Source of the DNA: Eledone cirrhosa
Lineage: Eukaryota
NCBI GenBank assembly: GCA_964016885.1
Contig: OZ024741.1
Location: 271,808,001-271,872,000, forward strand
Direction of reading: 5' to 3'
DNA: 64,000 nt
Shown here piece after piece: positions 53,167-64,000 of this stretch (position 1 is the stretch's first letter; the number at the start of each line of letters is the position of its first letter). The notes beneath the pieces were generated by a model that was not told the DNA's origin, searched no databases, and saw nothing but the letters and a program-made list of their open reading frames with translations. A program made the translations under genes and the position numbers.

Positions 53167-53663
53167 ACTGTTCACCTGCCAAACTGTCAGAGCTAGTGAA
53201 AATCAGTCGCTGTGTACTTTTGAAAATAGCATATATTGATACATAAGCATATATATACATATATCATCATCATCATCATCACCGTTTTACGTCTGTTCTT
53301 CCACGCTAGCATGGGTTAGACGGGTTGTCCTGGTGTGGGCAATGTTAAGTCGGCTGAACTTGTCTTGCTCATACAGGAACTGATTCTGGCTTGATTTCTA
53401 CAGCTGGATGCCCTTCCTAACACCAACCTCATTTACAGTGAGTGCTGGGTGCTTTTTTTCTGTGGCATCTCCACGACCACTTTGCAGTGGAATGATAGGG
53501 ACCCTAGTCCTATCATCTCATTTCTACAGCAGAATAAACTGGAGCAATGTGAAATAAAGTGTCTTGCTCAAGGAAACAACACATCACCCGGTCCGAGAAT
53601 TGAACTCACAACCTTTCGATTGCAAGCCCAATGCTCTAACCACTAAGCCATGCGTCTTCACGT

Positions 53664-53697
<34 letters not shown>

Positions 53698-53817
53698 ATA
53701 TCACATAAACGGAGAATCAGTGTTGCGACGAATAAAATTTATTGGACATATTACAATCGTTTCTCTGGTGACCAGCTTGAGGCACAATCGATGTAATGAT
53801 CCAGATTCGTAGAATCG

Positions 53818-53914
53818 AGATGTATCTGAGGACCTTGCGATTTCAGGGTCAGGTTCGATCATTACATCGATCGTGCCTCGAGCTGGTCGCCAGAGAAACG
53901 ATTGTAATATGTCT
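53818..53914 (+). ncRNA. Type-I hammerhead ribozyme motif with extended stem II
   Basis: agatgtat-CTGAGGA-ccttgcgatt...ggtcgccaga-GAAA-cgattg-TA-atatgtct. Confidence 0.6.
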
Positions 53915-54022
53915 AATAAATTTTATTTGTCGCAACACTGATTCTCCGTTTATGTGATATCATACTCTGCTCCGAGTGCTTAAACGGCCTACCGCTTAGG
54001 GACGCTTTAAGCATCCCACACC

Positions 54023-54070
<48 letters not shown>

Positions 54071-54595
54071 TATTGGTGTGTAACACTTAGTTACTATTGG
54101 TTCACCAGTTTGAGCACTCAATGCTAATATGGGTTCAGCTGCCTATGTGGTATTCTTGGCATCCCCTACCAAAAAGTAATGAGAAACAGTTTATGTTCCC
54201 ATCGCAGTATCGTCCTCTTCAGAGGACCTGTTTTACTGAATCTTGCAGTGAAGTCATATCGCATATCCCCCATGCTCTTGCCAGAATGCACACGATCACG
54301 TGTCCATACACTTGCAAGCAACCAAACTGTAGGAGCTCGTGTTGCCTTTTATCCTTACGGAGTCGATAAAATAAAGTACCAGTATTGCACTGGGTAATTG
54401 CTGGCCTTGTGCCAAAAGTAGAAACAATTATTATTATATATTATAATTAATGATATTATATATTATATTATTAAAACAAAAAATAATGGAAGTTAAAATA
54501 TGTGACAAGAGGTGACAAGACTTTCGGAGCACCCTGTAGTTTGGTATTTCACTGCAGTCTTTAAGCAGCAGAGTAGTAATAATATTAATGGTAAG

Positions 54596-54861
54596 GAGCA
54601 GGAACGAAGTATCAATATAACATCATTATATTTATTCACCCGTGACGCACGTTCCGTGATCGATCAGTTCGATGTGCGATGGATATTGATCGCACCTGAC
54701 TCTGGAATCGATGGTTCATCAGATTCGAGAATCCACATGTTTGATGAGCATTCAATTACTGTGCCAGGCGCGGTCACTACTGGTCATACCTTAAGCTGGT
54801 TGAACGCGAAACGCACGTCCCCTGTGAATAAACATGATATATTGATACTTCGTTCCTGCTC
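54596..54861. mobile_element. Penelope-like fold-back unit with degenerate hammerheads
   Basis: Arms gagcaggaacgaagtatcaatat and atattgatacttcgttcctgctc; plus copy TTGATGA-gcattcaatta...tggttgaacgc-GAAA-cgcacg-TC at 54741-54819. Confidence 0.5.
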
Positions 54862-55019
54862 TTTATTATTTATATTACTAAACAGGATGATATTATAATT
54901 ATATATACACATACGTATTTATCTCTCTCTATATATCCTAATTTTATTATACACACACATATATATATATATACATACACACATCCACTCACACTAATTC
55001 TGCATGTCTACATAGAAAC

Positions 55020-55170
55020 ACGAAGCCAAACGTGAAAAGCGGAAGCTGAAAATTCTACTGAAACGCCGTCTGGCGAGCGGAAAAGCCACGTCACTCGGTC
55101 CGCCATCACTGTCGCCATTACCGTCACTAAGTTTATAGTTTGGCCGGCTTCTATACGACTCTCACGCCCC
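55020..55170 (+). promoter_or_regulatory. CpG-rich probable TMED promoter
   Basis: Local CpG cluster with GCGGAAG (ETS-like), CCACGTCA (CRE/UPRE-like) and CGCCAT (YY1-like) motifs, ~600 nt upstream of the ATG. Confidence 0.45.
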
Positions 55171-55712
55171 TTCAGTTGCAAAAAGAAAGGAGAGGATTTT
55201 GTCTGTTCCATATTATCTTTCTTCCTTCTTGATTTTTTTCTCTTCTCTTTTTTTTTCTTTTCTAACTATTTCCTTCTCTGGACTGTCGTCTGTTTCTTTG
55301 GAAAAAAATCACCAATATATTCGTCTGCATCTTCTGTTAGTGTTTATATAAATATACCCATAAAACGCACCTATTTATATTCACGTAGAAACATATGTGT
55401 GTATATATGTATACATAATATGGTACATTTACACACAAATAGGATAAATCTTACAAACATATTTGATTCTCAATCACTGTTTCCTTGAACGATACGACGA
55501 TAACATAAACAGCCGGTTTCAAATCGAAGCCTCGCCAAGTCTTTGTTGTGTATTTACTGACTTCCTGCAGTTGTTATTGTTCTTTGTTACTGTGATTTGT
55601 CATTTTACTACAATTATTATCATTAGGAGTTAATAATTTACTTTATATTTTTGTTAAATATTTCAGTTTTCCTTAAGTTATTTGTTATTACAATTAAATA
55701 GTTTGGTTATAA

Positions 55713-55889
55713 ATGGAGTGTATTACGAGTATTCCATCTTCAATGTTGGTGTTTGTGACAGGACTGTTATGTCTTTTAAATGTACATACTGTACTGTCCG
55801 GGGAACTTACGTTTGAACTACCGGACAATGAACGAATGTGTTTCTTCGAGAATATTGAAAAAGGCCTCAAATGCACGCTGGAGTTCCAG
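55713..55889 (+). CDS. TMED7: p24/TMED cargo receptor (TMED7/TMED3-like), coding exon 1
   Basis: Signal peptide, then [29 protein letters not shown] (GOLD-domain start, like TMED7 EITFELPDNAKQCFYE...KCTLEFQ); GTGAGT donor. Later exons lie beyond the window. Confidence 0.85.
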
Positions 55890-56759
55890 GTGAGTCTCTC
55901 TCTCTCTATATATATTATATATCTATAATTTTATTTTATTTAGTTTCGTCCCTTTACTTATCCATTTCAAATCCTACCGTTGTTGACTCTACCTTCCGAC
56001 GTTCACAATACACGTACTAGTAATAACAGAACATTTTTATTTAATCTGTTACACTTTAATTTCCCTCCCACAAAACCAAGCAACCCGTCGTCAATGTTAG
56101 AAATTCCCCATATCTTTTCTTTTACGTTCTTTTAAGTTCAATTTTCATTTAGTATGACTTCATCTTTTCGTCCTTTGGTGGTGGACGTCTTAAACACGAA
56201 TGTACATGGCGAGAATTGACAGAGCCGGATTGCCGGATTAACTCTTTTTGAGACCAAATTGTTATGGCACTTCCCTCATATATAAAGTCTACAAAAAAAA
56301 TGTTTTTTTTTAATTTTCGAATGGCAAATACAATAAAATGAAGACCCTCTTCCTTTGATGTGCTAAGCATGTACTTATGTTGCTTAATGTTTAATCCAGC
56401 CCTTAGTATCGGTGACGATAGAATCTGATGTAGTCCTATTTGTCACCTTTATTAGAAATGTCTGTTGAACAAGCTGACGAGGAAGAAAAAAAAATAATAA
56501 AAAGGACGTTAGAATAATTTCCAGTATTTAGTTTATTCGGCCAACGTTGAGAGTCCCATCCATACAAGTTCACACTTTCATCCTTTACAAGGATCGATGA
56601 TCGATACAATAAATAATAAATACCAAACATTTACTGGGATATTTTACACCCACTGTTTATGTGATTCACACCCCCACATACACATATATACACACACACA
56701 AACATATATATACGTACACGTTTATATATACACACACACACACACATATTCATTTATGT

Positions 56760-56800
<41 letters not shown>

Positions 56801-56936
56801 ATATCACTGATGGTTGTTTCATTTTACCTTATATCATATAAATGTACATTGTCACACACATACACAGGTGTTAAGTGGGTGTTATTTCTTAATATGACTT
56901 AAGCTAAGCTCTTACGATTGGATGATTCGCCATTCC

Positions 56937-57241
56937 TTGGCAGTAATATTTGCTATTTATTCATAGAAAAACCCTTATATCTTTTGATTGTAGATAGAGC
57001 ATCGTATGTTGAGTGTGACTGAAATTATGTCGGAAGTATAAAGAGATTGCAAGTGAAAATATCAATCGTTATAATGAAAGCACGTTTATTGGCAGTAATA
57101 TCTGATATTTATTCATAGAAGAACCCTTATATCTTTTGATTGTAGATAGAGCCTCGTATGTTGAGTGTGACTGAAATTATGTCAGAAGTATAAAGAGATT
57201 GCAAGTAGAAATATCAATCGTTATAATGTAAGCACGTTTAT
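56937..57241. repeat. 152-bp tandem duplication in the TMED intron
   Basis: TTGGCAGTAATAT...AAGCACGTTTA occurs at 56937 and again at 57089. Confidence 0.9.
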
Positions 57242-58708
57242 GTGTGTACATGTTTGCGAAAGAAATTTGACCACCTACTCGTGTGTCGTGAATGGACATA
57301 CTGCCCACCGTCTTCTTGCTTTACCTATTTGTGGTAGAAAGGACAGCGAGAAAACTTATTAATGAGAAACTGAGGAAAGTTCATTTATCATTTTAAAGTC
57401 TTAGGTACCGCAATAAGAATTTAGCCAAGGTCAGTTTAACCCGGCCGAACATAACACCATCCCCCTACTCTCGGAGTATTTTTCACTGACCGATATCTCT
57501 ATATTAACTACCGCCCTGTAATTTTAACCAATTCGTATGACTGAACTGAACTGGAATGAATGGCGTAACCATATAAATGTGCTCTGCCACGTTTTACTGG
57601 GAATTTACTAACGATGTATCTCACACACACACACACACTCTCTCTCTCTCAAACACACACACATCGTGGTATGTATATTTCAGTGAATGGATATAAATAT
57701 CCCCTTTCATTTTAGTGGTTAAGGGACTCGGTTTTTACAATAGGTACACCGTATCCTTGCGTGTCATAAAAGGTGATTTGAAAAGTTGGCGTCAGAAGGA
57801 AAAAAAAAAAAAAAAAAAACTGCCGCAAAAAGTTGCGGCCAACACGGAGAGAAGGCGTAAAAACTTTATATATATAGCCATACGCGGAACAAAAGCATTC
57901 TAATGTTTCAAAGCCCTAGTTTACACATACACACACACACACATATATATATGTTTATATATATATATATATATCATGATCACCACCGTTTAACGTCCAT
58001 TTTTATATATACATACATACATATTACACATGTATACAAAGTTTGTTTGTTATGAGTGTGGCTGAATATGCTTGTCAAATGCAGGACTCCAAAGCCATTT
58101 CAAGACTCGCATAGAAAACCCTCCAACAGATTATGCTCAATTCATTATTGCAGACCTGACTACCTGTGATGTATATGGCAAAGACTACAAGAGCTGCCCT
58201 GGACTCATTAAGACCTTCCACCTAAGAGACCTAACTGCCATGCAGGAAACAGATTTAGTTTGTAGTCTTTGTAGCAAACTCTGTAAGTCTGTGCATGGTT
58301 TCAAAAGTGTAGGAACAATCTGTTATAAGTCAACCTGTTAGTGATGGTCATGCTCACCTAATGAGTAGACAGTGATCATGTGTGTATATATATATATCAT
58401 CATCATCATTCATCATTTCATTTTACGTCCACTTTTCCCTGCTTGCAAGGGTGGGACGGGAACTGATTCTGGCTTGATTTCTACAGCTGGATGCCCTTCC
58501 TAACACCAACCTCATTTACAGTGAGTGCTGGGTGCTTTTTTGCCGTGGCACCTCCATGACTACTTCTACAGCTGAGTAAACTGGAGCAATGTGAAATAAA
58601 GTGTCTTGCTCAAGGAAACAACACATCACTCGGTCTGAGAATTGAACTCACAACCTTTCGATTGCAAGGCCAATGCTCTAACCACTAAGCCATGTGCCTA
58701 TATATGTA

Positions 58709-58739
<31 letters not shown>

Positions 58740-59020
58740 AGGAGGTGAGTTTTATTGTAGTACAATAAAGCAATGCAGATATCGGATAAGAAGCACTCTA
58801 CAGTTTGTAGGGCTGGAGTATACATAATATATAAGATCAAAAGATGGTTAAAAGAGTTCCATGTATTTTATTATGCGCATTTCAAAAACAAATATCATCA
58901 TGCAATAATATTTGTGTTTTCATCAGATAAAATAGGAAGACATGATATGAAGGTTAAAAATATGTTGATTCAAAACTGCACTATTCACAAGTGTTTTTTA
59001 ACCTTCATATCATGTCTTCC

Positions 59021-59088
59021 TATTTTATCTGATGAAAACACAAATATTATTGCATGATTTTTGTTTTTGAAATGCGCATAATAAAATA
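59021..59088 (+). ncRNA. Type-I hammerhead ribozyme motif (mirror copy at 58864-58934, minus strand)
   Basis: tattttat-CTGATGA-stem II-GAAA-tgcgca-TA-ataaaata: perfect 8-bp stem I and palindromic ATGCGCAT stem III. Confidence 0.75.
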
Positions 59089-59122
59089 CATGGAACTCTT
59101 TTAACCATCTTTTGATCTTATA

Positions 59123-59585
59123 TTATATATATATATATATATATACACAACAAATATATATATATATATTTGTTGTGTATATATATATTTGTTGTGTATA
59201 TATATATATTTGTTGTATATATATATATATTTGTTGTATATATATATATATTTGTTGTATATATATTTGTTGTATATATATTTGTTGTATATATATTTGT
59301 TGTATATATATATATATTTGTTGTATATATATATTTGTTGTATATATATATATTTGTTGTATATATATATATATATATTTGTTGTATATATATATATATT
59401 TGTATGTATATATATATGTTTGTTGTGTTTGTATGTATATATGTTTGTTGTGTATGTATGTATGTATATATATATGTTTGTTGTGTATGTATATATGTTG
59501 TGTGTATGTATATATGTTTGTTGTGTATATATATATATATATATATATGTTTGTTGTGTATATATATATATATATATATGTTTGT

Positions 59586-59616
<31 letters not shown>

Positions 59617-59711
59617 GTTTGTTGTATATATATATATATATATATATGTTTGTTGTATACTCTTTTACCTGTTTCAGCCATCCGACTGAGGCCATGCTGG
59701 GGCACCGCCCT

Positions 59712-59753
<42 letters not shown>

Positions 59754-60921
59754 ACAAACATATATATACATATACAACAAACATATATATACATATACAA
59801 CAAATATATATATATATACAACAAACGTATATATATACAACAAACATATATATATATATATATATATATATACAACAAACATATATATATATATATATAC
59901 AACAAACATATACATATATACAACAAACATATACATATATACAACAAACATATACATATATACAACAAACATATATATATATATACAACAAACATATATA
60001 TATATATATATATAATGTTTGTTGTATATATATATATGTTTGTTGTATATATATATATGTTTGTTGTATATGTATATATATATGTTTGTTGTATATGTAT
60101 ATATATATGTTGTATATATATATATATATATGTTGTATATATATATATATATATGTTGTATATATATATATATATATGTTTGTTGTATATATATATATAT
60201 ATATATGTTGTATATATATATATATATATGTTTGTTGTATATATATATATATATATGTTTGTTGTGTATATATATATATATATGTTGTATATATATATAT
60301 ATATATGTTGTATATATATATATATGTTTGTTGTATATATATATATATGTTTGTTGTATATATATATATATGTTTGTTGTATATATATATGTTGTATATA
60401 TATATATATGTTGTATATATATATATGTTTGTTGTATATATATATATGTTGTATATATATATATATGTTTGTTGTATATATATATATGTTTGTTGTATAT
60501 ATATATATGTTTGTTGTATATATATATATGTTTGTTGTATATATATATATGTTTGTTGTATATATATATGTTTGTTGTATATATATATATGTTTGTTGTA
60601 TATATATATATGTTTGTTGTATATATATATATGTTTGTTGTATATATATATATATATGTTGTATATATATATATATGTTGTATATATATATATATGTTGT
60701 ATATATATATATATATATATATGTTTATATATATATATATGTTTGTTGTATATATATATATGTTTGTTGTATATATATATATGTTTGTTGTATATATATA
60801 TATATATATATGTTGTATATATGTGTTTGTTGTATATATGTGTTTGTTGTATATATATATGTTTGTTGTATATATGTGTTTGTTGTATATATATATGTTT
60901 GTTGTATATATATATGTTTGT

Positions 60922-60963
<42 letters not shown>

Positions 60964-61228
60964 TGTTTTATATATATATATATATATATATATGTTTGTT
61001 GTATATATATATATATATATATATATGTTTGTTGTATATATATATATATATATATATGTTTGTTGTATATATATATATATATATATATGTTTGTTGTATA
61101 TATATATATATATATATATATGTTTGTTGTATATATATATATATATATATATATGTTTGTTGTATATATATATATATATTTATATATGTTTGTTGTATAT
61201 ATATATATATATATATATATATGTTTGT

Positions 61229-61262
<34 letters not shown>

Positions 61263-62290
61263 TGTTGTATATATATATATGTTTGTTGTATATATATATA
61301 TGTTTGTTGTATATATATATATGTTTGTCGTATATATATATATATGTTTGTTGAATATATATATATATGTTTGTTGAATATATATATATATATATATGTT
61401 TGTTGAATATATATATATATATATATGTTTGTTGAATAAATATATATATATATATATTTGTTGAATATATATATATATGTTTGTTGAATATATATATATA
61501 TGTTTGTTGAATATATATATATATGTTTGTTGTATATATATATATATATGTTTGTTGTATATATATATATATATGTTTGTTGTATATATATATATGTTTG
61601 TTGTATATATATATATGTTTGTTGTATATATATATATGTTTGTTGTATATATATATATGTTTGTTGTATATATATATATATATGTTGTATATATATATGT
61701 TGTATATATATATGTTGTATATATATATATATATATGTTGTATATATATATATATGTTGTATATATATATGTTTGTTGTATATATATATATATGTTTGTT
61801 GTATATATATATATATATATATATATGTTTGTTGTATATGTATATATATATATGTTTGTTGTATATGTATATATATATATGTTTGTTGTATATGTATATA
61901 TATATATGTTTGTTGTATATATATATATATATACAAGGGCGGTGCCCCAGCATGGCCTCAGTCGGATGGCTGAAACAGGTAAAAGAGTATACAACAAACA
62001 TATATATATACAACAAACATATATATATATATATATACGTTTGTTATATATATATATATATATATATATATGTTTGTTGTATATATATATGTTTGTTGTA
62101 TATATATATATATATATATATATGTTTGTTGTATATATATATATATATGTTTGTTGTATATATATATATATATGTTTGTTGTATATATATATATATATAT
62201 ATATATGTTTGTTGTATATATATATATATATATGTTTGTTGTATATATATATGTATATATGTTTGTTGTATATATAGATGTTTGTTGTAT
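59123..62290. repeat. Compound (TA)n-TGTTTGTTG satellite with internal inversions
   Basis: Many ATGTTTGTTGTAT units separated by variable (AT)n; orientation flips near 59715, 60015, 61990 and 62038. Confidence 0.95.
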
Positions 62291-64000
62291 CCAAGAGACC
62301 AGGTGGCGGTATGGGTCTGCTAGATTCATCGTGGGTAAAGAACGATGCTATAAGCTTTTCTGGGTGGGAAATGACAATGGGCTGGGTGGAATAGGAATCA
62401 TGGTAGCAGAAAAGTGGGCAGATAAGATAATAGACGTAAATAGAGTGAACGACAGAATAATTAAAATAAGACTTGTCCTCAATAGAACTACTGTGACAGT
62501 AATATCTGCGTACGCACCCCAATCCGGACTGCCCGGCACTATAAAAGACAGATTCTATGAGACACTGATGCTCACTACCTCCCAAATAACTGACACTGAC
62601 TATATAATTATTGCTAGCGACCTAAATGGTCACTTTGGACAACATTGCGACGGCTATGACGGAATCCATGGAGGCTATGGGTTTGGTACTAGAAATGAGG
62701 AAGGCTCCAGAATCCTGGAATTCTGTGACGCAACCTAACTATCTGTAACACTAACTTAAAAAAACGAGACAATCACTTGATCACCTATAGATCGGGGGAA
62801 CACACAAGCCAGGTAGATTATATCCTTACCAGGAGACGTGACAGAGTGTCTGTTGTAAACACTAAATCCCTCCCCCATGAAGAATGCACGTCTCAACATA
62901 CTCATAATTAGCGACCTCATAGTCAGGACGAGACGTATTCGACAACAGAAGAGGACTATCCTCAGGAGAAAAATATGGAAATTAAAGGACCCCCACAGCC
63001 AGTAATAAATTTAAAAGCATATTACTTGATGCTTTTGATAGTAAGGAAGAGCAATTAGATTTGTACAATATAGAGGAACAGTGGGAATTCCTGAAAGCTA
63101 ACCTGCTGAAGGCGACAGATGAAACCTGTGGCTGGAGCAGGCCTATAGGCAGGAGGAGAGTAACTTGGTGGTGGAACTGTAAGGTGGAGAGGTCAATCAA
63201 GGCCAAATAGCAGGCTTGGAAAGCATGGCAGGATGGGGGAAGTAGAGAAAACTATCAAGTGGCCAGGAGGGAAGCTAGGAGACAAGTGTACTTCACAAGA
63301 AGGGAAGCAGAGAAAAGAAAGTTCAAGCATGTTCTACAACGTGAGGACCAAAAACGTGAGGTGTTCAGGATTGCTAGGCAATGTGTCAAGGAAAACAGTG
63401 ATATTGTCGGGGAGAAGTGTGTCCTTAATGATGATGGTGTACTTGCCATCACTGACGCTGATAAGAAGGTAGCTTGGAAGTGTCACTACGAAAGCTACTA
63501 AATGAGGAGAATAATTGGGAGAAAGACAGTCTCCCCCACATCGACCCAATAGAGGGACCAGCAGTGCAAGTTGAAGGTAGTATAATAAGTAAGGCGATCA
63601 AAGACATGAAGATGGGCAAGGCGGCCGGGCCTTCGGAAATAGTTGCCGAAATGCTCAAAGCATCTGGAGGCATTAAACTATAGAGGCATTAAATTAATTG
63701 ACCAGGTCATGAAGGTCACAGAAAAAGTAATAGCGCAACTAATCAGAGAGCGAATTGATCTAGACGAAATGCAGTTCGGGTTTGTGTCAGGTAAAAGTAC
63801 AACAGACGCTCTTTTCATTGTACGACAACTACAGGAGAAGTACCTAGCTAAAAGTAAACCCCTATACTTAGCTTTTGTTGACTTGGAGAAAGCCTTTGAC
63901 ATAGTACCCCGCTCGATTATCTAGTGGGCCCTTAGAAAACTAGGTGTTGATGAATGGCTTGTGAGAGCTATACAAGCCATGTATAAAGAAACAGTCAGCA
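62278..64000 (+). mobile_element. RTE-clade LINE, same family: APE endonuclease to RT start, disrupted
   Basis: [31 protein letters not shown], then QFGFVSGKSTTDA and AFVDLEKAFD. Contains stops and frameshifts and runs off the window. Confidence 0.92.

Noticed and set aside
59112-62585. Very long ORFs (up to 1155 aa) rich in Y/I/C
   Set aside because: They are translations of the stop-poor (TA)n satellite in several frames, not genes.

Overview
AT-rich, repeat-dense metazoan DNA with spliceosomal introns. The SINE families, (TA)n/(CAT)n tracts and RTE LINEs suggest an octopod cephalopod (inference). Three host genes are recognisable: a C6orf62 homologue (minus strand, 5 coding exons here, last exon apparently left of the window), rps3a (two coding exons, TOP/TCT start) and the first coding exon of a TMED7/p24-gamma gene. 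The rest is mostly mobile DNA: a 5'-truncated Helitron encoding a PIF1 helicase fused to a USP/C19-like protease, non-autonomous Helitron and Helentron-type elements, a TA-flanked MITE, RTE, CR1 and Vingi-like LINE fragments, two tRNA-derived SINE families, a solo LTR, a Gypsy integrase fragment and satellites. The most unusual signals are: (1) about ten sequence-diverse minimal type-I hammerhead ribozyme motifs with palindromic stem III, mostly in short fold-back, Penelope-like units; (2) the helicase-deubiquitinase Helitron with two inverted 3' termini; (3) an LTR fold-back joined to a 100-nt 28S rRNA fragment; (4) a 3-kb satellite whose unit matches the 5' junction of the adjacent LINE; (5) a TE-free leader with three upstream ORFs before C6orf62. 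All calls were made by eye, with no searches run.
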